Origin: Patescibacteria group bacterium
Lineage (GTDB): Bacteria; Patescibacteriota; UBA1384; JBBRAU01
Length of the DNA: 62,527 nucleotides
Reading direction: 5' to 3'
Assembly: GCA_038206475.1 (NCBI GenBank)
Contig: JBBRAU010000005.1
Span: 1-62,527, forward strand
Below are positions 50,631 to 59,807 of this stretch, in pieces. Every line of letters starts with the position of its first letter. Within the stretch, counting starts at the first letter, position 1. Position numbers and translations under genes: made by a program. The notes under the pieces are model-generated. The model made no database searches. It had not been told where the DNA came from and was given only the letters and a program-made list of their open reading frames with translations.

Positions 50631-50895
50631 AAAAAAGTGACTCCCTGTGCGCGGTGCACAGGGAGTGATTCCGGCATTATTGGGCCGACCTGTCTCTACA
50701 GCCGGGTATGTAGATTCAGGCCCTCCTTTGGGAGTGTCGAGCATAGTCCTGGCGGTGCTGATCCGCAGTGACGTCTTTTATCGCTAACGTTTGGCGGGCA
50801 AGTATTAGTGAAAGACAGACGAAGCCTGTGTGGCCTACTATCCTGCGGTCGCGGTAGCATTGCCTGTGGCTAAAACGGACTTGTCCGCTTGTCAA
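50631..50895. ncRNA. Candidate structured RNA of ~250 nt
   Basis: Nested stems GGCGGTGCT/AGCATTGCC, CCGCAG/CTGCGG, TCGCTAA/TTAGTGA, TCTACA/TGTAGA, CTCCCTGTGC/GCACAGGGAG. Confidence 0.4.
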
Positions 50896-50956
50896 TAATA
50901 AAAAGCCCGGAGGGATACTCCGGGCGGCAGGCAAGACGCGCTATGTTTCCGACGCC

Positions 50957-51919
50957 CTACTGTTTGGAGGGACGGTAGGGCTTGTTCATGGTGGCGGGGT
51001 TCATGGCGTGGTAGATGATGCCCACCACGTCTTTGAGCTCCAAGCTGGTCAGCGGCGTGTCCGGGTAACTGGGCGTGCCGTTGAAGATATTGCCACTCGG
51101 TTTGTCGTAGTACCACTCCTCGGCACCCGCGACTGTCCCTTCTTCGGTCAGCACGGCAACGGGTAGTGGCTGCTCAAGCCCCTTGGCTGCCCGCTCCTGG
51201 ATGCGCAGGTGCTTGACGACGGTGTCCAGGCAGACACCCTGGCGGGGGTTGCGGAAAATCTGGATCCAGCCGGTCTGCGGATTACGCAGTACCACCACCG
51301 ACATGTCCCCTTCTTTCCGTGCATAGCTGGCGATCTGCGGGTCAGCGATTTCGACGACGGCCAGCTTGCCGGTTGAGCCGTTGGGCAGTCCGATGAAACT
51401 CCTTTTCGCTGCGGCAGCAAACAGGCGAGCGCACTCTAGGTAGTAGTGGGTCAGCGAGGCGTATTCCACCTCGATGCCAGTGATCATAAAGTCGATGACG
51501 TCCTTAGGATCGCGTTCAAGGACGAACATCTTTTGGGCGAGCCTGCCCAGGTCGAGCGGTCCAGCCCCGCCTTTCGTGTCGACGCGGCTGACGTAATCGA
51601 CGATCTGGTCCAGAGCGCGATTTTCGTACAGCCGAAGCTCACGGAAAACCAGGGACGCTGAGCTGTGTGCCTCGTCTCGCTCTTTGCCTGGACGGTTGTG
51701 TTCGTCGAACCGACCACCGCCGACACCGAGTAGTAGCGCGCCTTCTGCTTCCCACTGCGCTGCAGACTTGCCGTCGAACTGGCCGAATACCAGCCCTGCC
51801 GTTTCGACGCCCGGAAACTGCTTGCCTCCGAACTTTTGGAGCATCCAGTACCCGAGAACCTCGTCCAGATGCGGACGTTGGTGGGTGCCGATCCTCAGTA
51901 CCCTTGTGCGACTAACCAT
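50957..51919 (-). CDS. MYG1/DHH-like phosphoesterase (divergent)
   Basis: GTHQRPHLDE, GVGGGRFDEH, SSASLV motifs; SD AAGGGG. Confidence 0.55.
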   Translation of the reverse strand: MVSRTRVLRIGTHQRPHLDEVLGYWMLQKFGGKQFPGVETAGLVFGQFDGKSAAQWEAEGALLLGVGGGRFDEHNRPGKERDEAHSSASLVFRELRLYENRALDQIVDYVSRVDTKGGAGPLDLGRLAQKMFVLERDPKDVIDFMITGIEVEYASLTHYYLECARLFAAAAKRSFIGLPNGSTGKLAVVEIADPQIASYARKEGDMSVVVLRNPQTGWIQIFRNPRQGVCLDTVVKHLRIQERAAKGLEQPLPVAVLTEEGTVAGAEEWYYDKPSGNIFNGTPSYPDTPLTSLELKDVVGIIYHAMNPATMNKPYRPSKQ

Positions 51920-52026
51920 CTGTCGACCCCTTTCCAGAGTCAAAGTGGCGCTTCCGTGTTGCCAAAAAACAAATCGGCACGAATGCCGATGTAATAATTA
52001 CATGCAATACTTAATAATGTCAATGT

Positions 52027-52473
52027 TTAGGCTTCAAATCCGATTGTTTGGACTTGGTTGGGCAAGGCGGAGAGGTCAACGTTTCCCAGACAGTTTTTGC
52101 TTGCCTGGTATACCTCGGTCCAAGCAGTAGGGTCGGTGTGATGATCATAGCCTAGTAGGTGTAGTAAACCGTGGTGGACTAAAAAAAGCATCGGCTCTCC
52201 CCTATTGATGGCCACTTCGGGGCAAATGACAATGTCGCCAAGCTGACGTTCGACGGCGCCAGGGATGGCGGCAACCGGAAAGGACAGTACATCGGTTGGC
52301 CCACTATGCTGCAGGTGTGTCTCGTTTAACGTGGCAACTTCGACTGGGCTGACGAAATGGATCGACAGTGCCGTCGGTTGCTCCGGCAATAGCTTGGCCG
52401 TCACGCAAGACACTAGCGTCTCAACCGCGGTTGACTGGACCTCGTCCGGCACAATACCCGCCAGCTCAATCAC
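52027..52473 (-). CDS. ybeY: rRNA maturation endoribonuclease YbeY
   Basis: PTDVLSFP, LGDIVIC, HHGLLHLLGYDH. Confidence 0.93.
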   Translation of the reverse strand: MIELAGIVPDEVQSTAVETLVSCVTAKLLPEQPTALSIHFVSPVEVATLNETHLQHSGPTDVLSFPVAAIPGAVERQLGDIVICPEVAINRGEPMLFLVHHGLLHLLGYDHHTDPTAWTEVYQASKNCLGNVDLSALPNQVQTIGFEA

Positions 52474-53452
52474 GGTGTTTCGGTTTACTGGCTTGCATCA
52501 CCCGCTTGGCTGTTTGTTGCAGCACTGACACTTTCGGGTAACTGATGCGGCGGTGAAACACCGGCAACAGCGCATTGGTAAAAGCCTCAGACAGATTAGT
52601 GAGATCTAGATCAGATAAGTGCGACTCGGCCAACTCCCCCTCTGTCTTGCGCGCCTCGATCGTTGCCTCGACGACCTCGCGGATGGTTGGCTCGGTGATC
52701 TCCGCGAGGGCGCGAGCGCGAGCCTCAATCGCATCGGCCAGCATCAAGATGGCCGTTTCGCGGCTCTGCGGTTTGGGCCCGTCGTAACGAAAATCGGACT
52801 CGCGCACCCACTCCAGCTTGCCGGCGGCCACCCACTCTTTGGCGCGGTGTTTAAAATAGGTAATTTCAGTCGTGCCGTGGTGCTCGGCGATGAAGGCGAT
52901 GACCTCTGGCGGCAATTTGTAGGCCGCGGCCAAAGCCTTGCCGCCCTTTACGTGCTGCTTGATCATCTCGGCCGACTGGCGCGGATCAAGTGCGTCATGC
53001 GGATTGTCTGATTTAGCCTGGTTTTCGGTGAAAAATTCTGGGTGCTTCAGTTTGCCAATGTCGTGGTAGTAAGCACCGACACGAACGAGCAGAGCGTCAG
53101 CCTGAATAGACCGAGCAGCGGCGTAGCACAGGTTGGCTAGGTTGAGCGAATGGTGGTAGGTGCCAGGCGCTTCCACCGACAGACGCACGAGCAGCGGATG
53201 TGACAGGCTCTCCAGGCGTAGCAGGCGGCGAAAAGTAGCCAAGTAGTCGGAAAAGACGCGGGAGGAAAAGATAAACAGCAGCGACACAACAAGACTGTCC
53301 AGCAGGATGGTTACCGCCAGCCAGCCCAAGCCGCGTGAAAGCTGGCCGGCTTGGTCGAGTGCCCACAAGGTCAAGGGCGCTAAAATAACGAGATGGATGA
53401 GCGATAGGCCCAGGATGAACAGCAGGAGGGCACGAGTACCTCGACCAAACAT
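52466..53452 (-). CDS. Membrane HD-domain (HDIG) phosphohydrolase, shortened PgpH/YqfF-like
   Basis: EAPGTYHHS, YYHDIGK, EHHGT, GPKPQSRE, MLAD; two TM helices. Confidence 0.88.
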   Translation of the reverse strand: MFGRGTRALLLFILGLSLIHLVILAPLTLWALDQAGQLSRGLGWLAVTILLDSLVVSLLFIFSSRVFSDYLATFRRLLRLESLSHPLLVRLSVEAPGTYHHSLNLANLCYAAARSIQADALLVRVGAYYHDIGKLKHPEFFTENQAKSDNPHDALDPRQSAEMIKQHVKGGKALAAAYKLPPEVIAFIAEHHGTTEITYFKHRAKEWVAAGKLEWVRESDFRYDGPKPQSRETAILMLADAIEARARALAEITEPTIREVVEATIEARKTEGELAESHLSDLDLTNLSEAFTNALLPVFHRRISYPKVSVLQQTAKRVMQASKPKHRD

Positions 53453-53461
53453 GGAGGGCCG

Positions 53462-53899
53462 CTAGACGGCGAGTTTGGCTCTAAGAATGACGGTGACGCG
53501 GTCGCCACCGGCTCGGCCAGCTACCGCTTTCATAACCTGACCCATCAGTGGACCAAAATCACGGTTGTCGGTATCGGCCAAAACATCTGAGACGATGATC
53601 TCAAGCTCTGTGTCTGACAGTTCGGCCGGCAGATACTGCTGCAGCTGGTCAACGGCGGCTTGGTCAGCGATCGCCGTGTCAGTGCGGCCGACCTTTTCGG
53701 CAAAACTGATGCTGTCCTTGAGCTGTTCAATCTGTTTTTTGATAATGGCAGCGACTTGTGGCTCAGCCAATTCCGATTTGCTCTTAATCTCCTCGTTTTT
53801 AAGGGCAGCCTGAAGCATACGAAGAGTAGAGACTTTGGCGGTCTCGCCGGCTTTCATGGCGGCAATCAGGTCAGTTGAAAGTTGAATTTGTAAGCTCAT
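53462..53899 (-). CDS. GatB/YqeY domain protein
   Basis: DLIAAMKAG...LRML...YLP...GPLMGQVM...GRA. Confidence 0.9.
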   Translation of the reverse strand: MSLQIQLSTDLIAAMKAGETAKVSTLRMLQAALKNEEIKSKSELAEPQVAAIIKKQIEQLKDSISFAEKVGRTDTAIADQAAVDQLQQYLPAELSDTELEIIVSDVLADTDNRDFGPLMGQVMKAVAGRAGGDRVTVILRAKLAV

Positions 53900-53984
53900 G
53901 GGTTTATTTTCTCGTATGGTTATGTGCGCTGCAAGTAGCGGATGTGTATTGAAACAAAAAAAGGTGCTTGCGCGCCTTTTTGTG

Positions 53985-54188
53985 TTAGTAGCCGCGGCGA
54001 GATTGGCGGGTGGCGGCTTTGCGAATGGCCGAGGCGCGGCGGAAGCGGCGGGTGATTGGCTTCTGAAAGTAGCGAATAAACTTAACCGTACGGGCTAGGC
54101 CGCTCTCTTGGACAACGCGATTAAAGCGGCGCAGTACTACATCTGGCCGTTCGTTGTCGCGGGCTTGGACGTCGTTATTGGTGGTCAT
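53985..54188 (-). CDS. rpsU: 30S ribosomal protein bS21
   Basis: VQARDNE...LRRFNRVVQESG...RYFQKP, Arg-rich; conserved hit-rpsU-yqeY order. Confidence 0.8.
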   Translation of the reverse strand: MTTNNDVQARDNERPDVVLRRFNRVVQESGLARTVKFIRYFQKPITRRFRRASAIRKAATRQSRRGY

Positions 54189-54272
54189 ATACAACAGAGA
54201 TTAGCATAACCTGCCAATTGTTTCAAGCCAATAAACGGGCTCTAAAAAGCTGTTCCCTGGCACCTACGGTAC

Positions 54273-54306
54273 AAAAAAGGCGCCACCGGAGAAACAGGTG
54301 GCGCCA
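54273..54306 (-). terminator. Intrinsic terminator
   Basis: Minus strand GGCGCCACC-TGTTTCTCC-GGTGGCGCC-TTTTTT. Confidence 0.75.
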
Positions 54307-54395
54307 GGAACTGTCCTTCACTGCGAACGCTCTTGGAGGTGAAGTTGAGCTTATTTATGCTCCCATATGAAAGATGTGTCAAGCAGACGTTGCTT

Positions 54396-54737
54396 CTAGG
54401 CGATCGGGCCGAGTTCTTTGCCACCGAGCAGGTGCAAGTGCAGGTGGTCCACCATTTGGCCGGCATGCAAGCCCTGATTAATCACGACGCGGTAGCCGTT
54501 ATCATTTAAATTCTCTTTGTCGGCCAGTTGCTTAGCCACCATCAGCATTTTGCCCAAAGTCGGCATATCGGCTTCGGTGGCGCCGAGCAAATCGGCAATA
54601 TGTCTGACCGGGATAATGATAATGTGCGTGGGCGTCTGCGGATTGGTGTCACGAAAGGCCGCTATGTCAGCGTCTTGGTACTCGATTGTCGCCGGCGACT
54701 GGCCGGCAGTGATAGCGCAAAATATACACTCGTTCAT
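54396..54737 (-). CDS. Histidine triad (HIT) nucleotide-binding protein
   Basis: CIFC, AFRDTNPQ, HLHLHLLGG. Confidence 0.93.
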   Translation of the reverse strand: MNECIFCAITAGQSPATIEYQDADIAAFRDTNPQTPTHIIIIPVRHIADLLGATEADMPTLGKMLMVAKQLADKENLNDNGYRVVINQGLHAGQMVDHLHLHLLGGKELGPIA

Positions 54738-54759
54738 GGCGACTCCTCACATCCGTTCG

Positions 54760-55182
54760 TTAGCGGATAGTGTTGATAATTGGCAGCCAATTAGTCTTAA
54801 CCCAGGCTTTTTGCTCTTTTAGCGCTGGCCCCAAGCCGCGCCGTTTAATTTCTTTATCTACGATGCCACCCTGATGCGGGTAACGGCACAACTGAGGCAG
54901 CGGCGACTGAAAGCCGTGGCTGTAGTGGACCAGTTCGTGGGCCAGCACGGCATCCAGCACCACGTCAGGGATGCGCCCATCGCGCATATAGCCAGACAGG
55001 GTGATAACACTGGCCCCTTTGAGTTTTTGGCTGCGCATGAGTTGAATTGAGCCCAGCCGTGTTTTTGAGCAGCGGCCAAAACGTACGTACACGTCATTCG
55101 GTTTTGACACATCAACAAAATAGCTTTGCCAAAGCCAAGCCAGTTTGGTGGCCAACCAATCGTTTGTGCGTGCTTCCTCCAT
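54760..55182 (-). CDS. SprT-like Zn-binding protein
   Basis: RLGSI, AHELVHY, PHQGG. Confidence 0.7.
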   Translation of the reverse strand: MEEARTNDWLATKLAWLWQSYFVDVSKPNDVYVRFGRCSKTRLGSIQLMRSQKLKGASVITLSGYMRDGRIPDVVLDAVLAHELVHYSHGFQSPLPQLCRYPHQGGIVDKEIKRRGLGPALKEQKAWVKTNWLPIINTIR

Positions 55183-55257
55183 CTGCCCGCATTGTAACCG
55201 TCTCTCGTCTGAAAGCGAAGGGGGAAAGGAAAAATAAAACTGAATAATCCCGGCGTT

Positions 55258-55479
55258 TTGGTATCGACGCTAGAGCTGCGTCCGGGCGCGGCGCCACAAT
55301 GCCACCGAAGTACTCCGGGCAGGCTGACGGCTTGGCCTCGTGGAGGGTGCGTACGTAGCGGCTCTGGAGGGCACACGTTCCACGTGCTTAAGAATGTCCA
55401 GGAGGAGATTCGAGAAGAAGTAAATATTTTTGAGCTCTTCAAGATCCTCCGGGTCAATCCGGAGGTCCGGTACTTCTAA
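55258..55479 (+). CDS. Small hypothetical protein
   Basis: ORF followed by a terminator-like hairpin; start uncertain. Confidence 0.3.
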   Translation: MVSTLELRPGAAPQCHRSTPGRLTAWPRGGCVRSGSGGHTFHVLKNVQEEIREEVNIFELFKILRVNPEVRYF

Positions 55480-55649
55480 CCGGTGCCGAAGCGTGAAATT
55501 GTAATTTTCACTTCCCCTTTTATGCCTGGCAGTATGCCAGGCGTTTTATTATAACTCAAGCAATCTCACGCCTACGCCAGAGCCTCTATTTGTCTGTTCA
55601 CGCCTGTAGATATTGACTTATCTGGCCATTATGATACCCTCAAACAGTC

Positions 55650-56573
55650 GTGCAAAACGACAGAAAGGCTTTAAAAGTCAATATGTATCTCCGCTACAAG
55701 CGGATGCTCACGCTGAGTATTCCGTTTGGGGGCAGCCGCCAGAAGCGCATTGTTTCTGCGCGACTCGCTAAGGTGGGACAAATGGGTACCCAATTGAAAC
55801 TTCGTTTCACTTGGGCTAAAAGTACCTTAACACGTATCTTTGACAGTCTGGCCACTCGTGGTCAGGCCGCCGCAGTCGTTTTGCGTAAAAATGGCTGGTC
55901 GGTATTGCGACACAGCCTGGTGGTGCTCATTTTAGCGGTTGGCTCAGCGGCGGTTATCCCCGTCGCCAGCAAGCCCGCCAGCGACGCGTCAAACCACGAG
56001 CTGCGCTCGCTGCCAAACCGGTTGGCCGTAACCACGCCCCAACCGATTGCGGTCGTGGCGGTCAAAAGCCGCTCAGCTGAGGCCCAAGAGGCCGAGGTAG
56101 CGCGTGCCCAGGCAGCGGCTCAGGCTGACGCCGCCGCTCGGCTGGAGCGCACCAGCGCCAACCGCAGCACGGTTGGCCGTGCTGAAGTGCCAAGTAACGC
56201 CCAAGCGTTGTCGTACTCCAGTTTGCGTGGCCTCTACCAAGCTGCCGCCGCACAATTCGGCCTGAATTGGCAAATTTTGGAAGCGGTGCACCAAGTAGAG
56301 ACCGGGAAGTGCAGCGCCAACTGCCGTTCGAACTCGTCTGGCGCCAGCGGACCAATGCAGTTTTTGCCATCGACTTTCCGCAAATACGCGCTCGATGGTG
56401 ACGGTGACGGTGTGGCGTCTATTCACGATGTCTCCGACGCCGTACTGACGGCGGCGCATTACCTGGCCGCGGCTGGTGGCCAGAGTAATGTCGACCAGGC
56501 TTTGTTCGCCTATAACCATTCGTGGTCATACGTGGACATGGTCAAGCGTGTTGCCGCCGGAATCGGTGGGTAA
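55650..56573 (+). CDS. Membrane-anchored lytic transglycosylase
   Basis: WQILEAVHQVET, GASGPMQF, DGDGDG, AYNHS motifs; exact start uncertain. Confidence 0.88.
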   Translation: MQNDRKALKVNMYLRYKRMLTLSIPFGGSRQKRIVSARLAKVGQMGTQLKLRFTWAKSTLTRIFDSLATRGQAAAVVLRKNGWSVLRHSLVVLILAVGSAAVIPVASKPASDASNHELRSLPNRLAVTTPQPIAVVAVKSRSAEAQEAEVARAQAAAQADAAARLERTSANRSTVGRAEVPSNAQALSYSSLRGLYQAAAAQFGLNWQILEAVHQVETGKCSANCRSNSSGASGPMQFLPSTFRKYALDGDGDGVASIHDVSDAVLTAAHYLAAAGGQSNVDQALFAYNHSWSYVDMVKRVAAGIGG

Positions 56574-56640
56574 ATAACCTGGCGCAAAGCGCCAGAACCT
56601 TGCCCACTTCGGTGGGTAATAACCTGGCACGTTGTGTCGG
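56551..56640 (+). repeat. Tandem two-unit hairpin repeat overlapping the transglycosylase stop
   Basis: TCGGTGGGTAA(A)TAACCTGGC at 56563 and 56609. Confidence 0.65.
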
Positions 56641-56670
56641 CCCTCGTCCGCAAAAGTTGGTAACCACGGT

Positions 56671-56703
56671 AAAAAATCCCCGGGCGCAAGCTCGGGGATT
56701 TTT
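56671..56703. terminator. Bidirectional terminator
   Basis: AAAAAATCCCCGGGC-GCAA-GCTCGGGGATTTTT. Confidence 0.8.
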
Positions 56704-56746
56704 GCTTGCCCCTGGCGATAAAAATGTCTTAGACTAGCGTGGGTAT

Positions 56747-57212
56747 GTGTCTACAAACAGTGAGCCGACTTTTGATCGCACCAGCTCAGAGGATCAATCC
56801 CCGAAGATATATTTACCGTTTGCGCCAGGATTCGGCGAACAGCGTAAGAAGGTCGAGACCGAGCGACTGCACACAATACTTGAGGACGTCGCCGGGTCTT
56901 GCCTGTCACAATTAGCCAAGAAGATGAGCAGCTTAAAGAGAACATTGGTCAAATGGGCATTGGGGTAGATTCGCACAACGGCAACACGTTGTATGCTGCC
57001 ACCAAGAAATTACAGCAGTACATGATTATTCAGAAAACTGGCAGGAAGAAAACGACATTCAGCGCTCTGTGCAAGGTATGATTTTCGTTTTTTATGGCCT
57101 AGCATCCAACGCCCCGATGATCGGCGAGCAGCGTGCGACATTGTTGGCGGATGATCAAGCTGTTTTACTTCAGCAAGTCAAAGCAGTAATCCATAACATG
57201 TACGAATGTTGA
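56747..57212 (+). pseudogene. Multiply frameshifted hypothetical gene
   Basis: Protein-like reading passes between frames: 56747..56968, 56899..57081, then NWQEENDIQRSVQGMIF. Confidence 0.4.
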
Positions 57213-57354
57213 CAAACGCATTTATACGTGTCAAAAAAATGTTTCTACGTTCATTGAGAGGAGAAGCTAATGAATGAACCTGATGACACAGTGGTATCCT
57301 CGCCCGACAACATGGACTACGAGCGTAGTCCGCTTTTGATGGATGAGTTTGCCT

Positions 57355-57918
57355 TCAGCCGAGGTCGATAAATTGCAGCGTCCTTGCTTCGGTGTCCAGC
57401 ACCGCCGCGCGCAGGTTCATGGCGGATGGCACTTGGACAACCGTGGTTTGGCCCATCTGCCAAATACGTTCTAAGCTGTGCAGATGGCCGGAGAGGTGCC
57501 AGGTTGGCATGTCGGCCAAGCCAGGCGGCACGCTCCCCTGCCGCGGAGGCACGTGCGTTAGCAAAATACTGCCAGCCAGGCGCGGCCGAAACGGCTGCTC
57601 TCCCGCTCGGTAGCCTAGGCCCACCACCCGTTGGCCGCTGGCGAGCGTCTGCTCTGCGTTATCCAAAAGACAGCCGGCCTCAACCAAAACAACCAAACTG
57701 GCCGGGTCATCGTTATTGCCGGAGATACACAGCACCGGTCGCCTGTCGTAGCCGCAGGCGGCTAAAAAACGCTGGGTATACGGTCCGGCCGACGGGCTAT
57801 GAATCGTCAAATCACCCAAGCACAAAACGGCCTCAATTTGCCGGCGAGCCACGGTGGAGGCTAGCGGCGCCAGGACCATCTGTTGGCTGTGCAAGTCAGT
57901 GACAATAAGAATACACAT
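57355..57918 (-). CDS. Calcineurin-like metallophosphoesterase
   Basis: TDLH, LGDL, GNND, THVPP, GHLH motifs. Confidence 0.88.
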   Translation of the reverse strand: MCILIVTDLHSQQMVLAPLASTVARRQIEAVLCLGDLTIHSPSAGPYTQRFLAACGYDRRPVLCISGNNDDPASLVVLVEAGCLLDNAEQTLASGQRVVGLGYRAGEQPFRPRLAGSILLTHVPPRQGSVPPGLADMPTWHLSGHLHSLERIWQMGQTTVVQVPSAMNLRAAVLDTEARTLQFIDLG

Positions 57919-57965
57919 GTCTTCCAGTGTAGGCGTGGTTTAAGCGTAATTCAAGCGTGTTGGTA

Positions 57966-57994
57966 TTGACATAATGTACAATACTTGCTATAAT
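57966..57994 (+). promoter_or_regulatory. Perfect sigma70 promoter
   Basis: TTGACA-17 nt-TATAAT with extended -10 TG. Confidence 0.85.
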
Positions 57995-58000
57995 ATTAGT

Positions 58001-58301
58001 AATAATTGAGCTTGACATTTCGAGGGCAGCGCGAGGGGCATCCCCCAGCAACCACGCATTATATATTTGCATATTTTATTCGCGTGAAAATGGGGCCCCC
58101 AGAGCAACTTGTTGCTTCGGGAAAATAGGGTGCCTCCCACACTGTCCTCACAACTGAGTGTAGCAAGCTGGATACGAGCTCCCCTTACTCGCATCTGGCT
58201 TGCTGCACTCATCTATGTACAACCATCGGGAGGAGAGAATAGTTTCTGATTAGTTCTAACACTCCAAAGGCCACGAGCTTCTGCCGAAGGAGCTCTTTTT
58301 T
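58001..58301 (+). ncRNA. Candidate ~300 nt structured ncRNA
   Basis: Perfect promoter, long stems with + strand G-U pairs, intrinsic terminator, no + strand ORF of 60 aa or more. Confidence 0.65.
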
Positions 58302-58342
58302 ATATGCAAAATTGTCGAGCGCGAGAAGCTCGTAATGGCGAC

Positions 58343-59143
58343 CTAGCTTTTGCCAAGAACGAGCTGGAGGGTCGAAGAGATTGATGATTCCTCGAGTTTG
58401 GCCGCCTTGCCGTAGGCAGTTTTTAACGCTTTCGCTTCGTCCAGTCGGCCGGATTGGTAGTAGATGATTGTTGAAGCAAAGGTGAAGCTACGGGCGTTAC
58501 CGACTTTAACGTTGACGTAGCCATCTTTTTTAAGGTTGGCCGCCACGGTGCTAGCCTGACCGGTTTGGCCGTTGCCATTTAACACCTGGACACTCACCTG
58601 GCTCTTGCTGAGCGCAGCTGGCGCGTCTGGAGTTGGTGAGGCGGCCGGTGGAGTTGGTGCCGCGCTTGGGCTTTCGGACGGCGAAGGCGACGGGCTGGGG
58701 CTGGACGATACTGACGGATTGACTGACGGCGAGGGCGACGTCACACCAATGTTGCCAAGTGTGCTTGACAGGGTCGGAACTGGCGATTGGCTGATGGTAC
58801 CTACAACTGACTTGTTTTTTGATTGACGGTAGAGCTGCCCTCCGGCGACGCTGGCAAATAATAAAACGCCAACAAACAGGGCAATATTCAGCCAAGCAAT
58901 CCGGCGTTGGCCTTTATGCATAGCCGGGGCAAAGCTGGAGGTGAAATTTTCTGGATCAGCCATTGGAGGTGGCACCTCAATAACCCGGGGTTCGACCTTT
59001 TTTGCCGGTTTGGCGACAGGCTTGATTGCCGGCGCAGTCAGCTCGGGATCAGTAGCAAGCACCACCTTGGCCGGCTTCTCCCTCCTCACCGGCTTCTTGC
59101 CAGATGGACGCGGAGCCGGTTGGATATCAAAAGATTTGACCAT
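58343..59143 (-). CDS. Single-TM protein with LytR C-terminal domain
   Basis: VQVLNGNGQTGQA...VGNA...TIIYY...LVLG; Ser/Pro linker. Confidence 0.85.
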   Translation of the reverse strand: MVKSFDIQPAPRPSGKKPVRREKPAKVVLATDPELTAPAIKPVAKPAKKVEPRVIEVPPPMADPENFTSSFAPAMHKGQRRIAWLNIALFVGVLLFASVAGGQLYRQSKNKSVVGTISQSPVPTLSSTLGNIGVTSPSPSVNPSVSSSPSPSPSPSESPSAAPTPPAASPTPDAPAALSKSQVSVQVLNGNGQTGQASTVAANLKKDGYVNVKVGNARSFTFASTIIYYQSGRLDEAKALKTAYGKAAKLEESSISSTLQLVLGKS

Positions 59144-59185
59144 AGGCTTATGATAGCCGGAATGGCCTGGTAACAAAAACCGGAG

Positions 59186-59755
59186 CTATATTGGCCGGCT
59201 GAGACATATAGAAACCGGATCCGCGAACCGCCAAGGTTTCTTGGCCCATTGGCCCGCATACTCAACACCGATGCGTGGCGTAGCAATAACCTGCTGTGGC
59301 ATCCGGGCGGGCTCAAGCCACAACTCTGTGCCATGAGTCATATCGCAGCCACTAAGCGCTTGGTCTATCTGCAGCGCACGGGTGAGCTTGCCGGGGCCAC
59401 TGAGACAGCCTGAATCGCTCACGAGAGATGTCTCAGTTGTCGGCTCTAAAGCACGAATGAGCACGGCCGACGGTTGGCCCTCAATTTCAGTCACTACATT
59501 CAGTAGCCAGTACATGCCGTAGATGAGATAAATGTAGGCACGGCCGGGTGGTCCGTACAACGGTTCGCTACGCTTCGTCCGGCCAAAACGGGCGTGACAA
59601 GCTAAGTCCTGCTCGCCCCAATAGGCTTCGGTTTCCACTATTCGGTTGCCTACTTTTTGTCCGGTCGGCAATTGCCGCCAGAGCATACTGCCAACTAGGC
59701 CACGGGCGACCGAGACCGGATCTTGCAGAAAAAAGTCGGTAGTAAATCTTGACAT
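59186..59755 (-). CDS. 3-methyladenine DNA glycosylase (Mpg/AAG family)
   Basis: IVETEAY, ACH, YIYLIYGMY, AVLIRALEP, GPGKL, PRIGV, PWRF. Confidence 0.93.
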   Translation of the reverse strand: MSRFTTDFFLQDPVSVARGLVGSMLWRQLPTGQKVGNRIVETEAYWGEQDLACHARFGRTKRSEPLYGPPGRAYIYLIYGMYWLLNVVTEIEGQPSAVLIRALEPTTETSLVSDSGCLSGPGKLTRALQIDQALSGCDMTHGTELWLEPARMPQQVIATPRIGVEYAGQWAKKPWRFADPVSICLSRPI

Positions 59756-59807
59756 ATGTCCGCTATTATTACCCATAAAGCACGAAACGGACAAATAGCG
59801 TGGTAGT

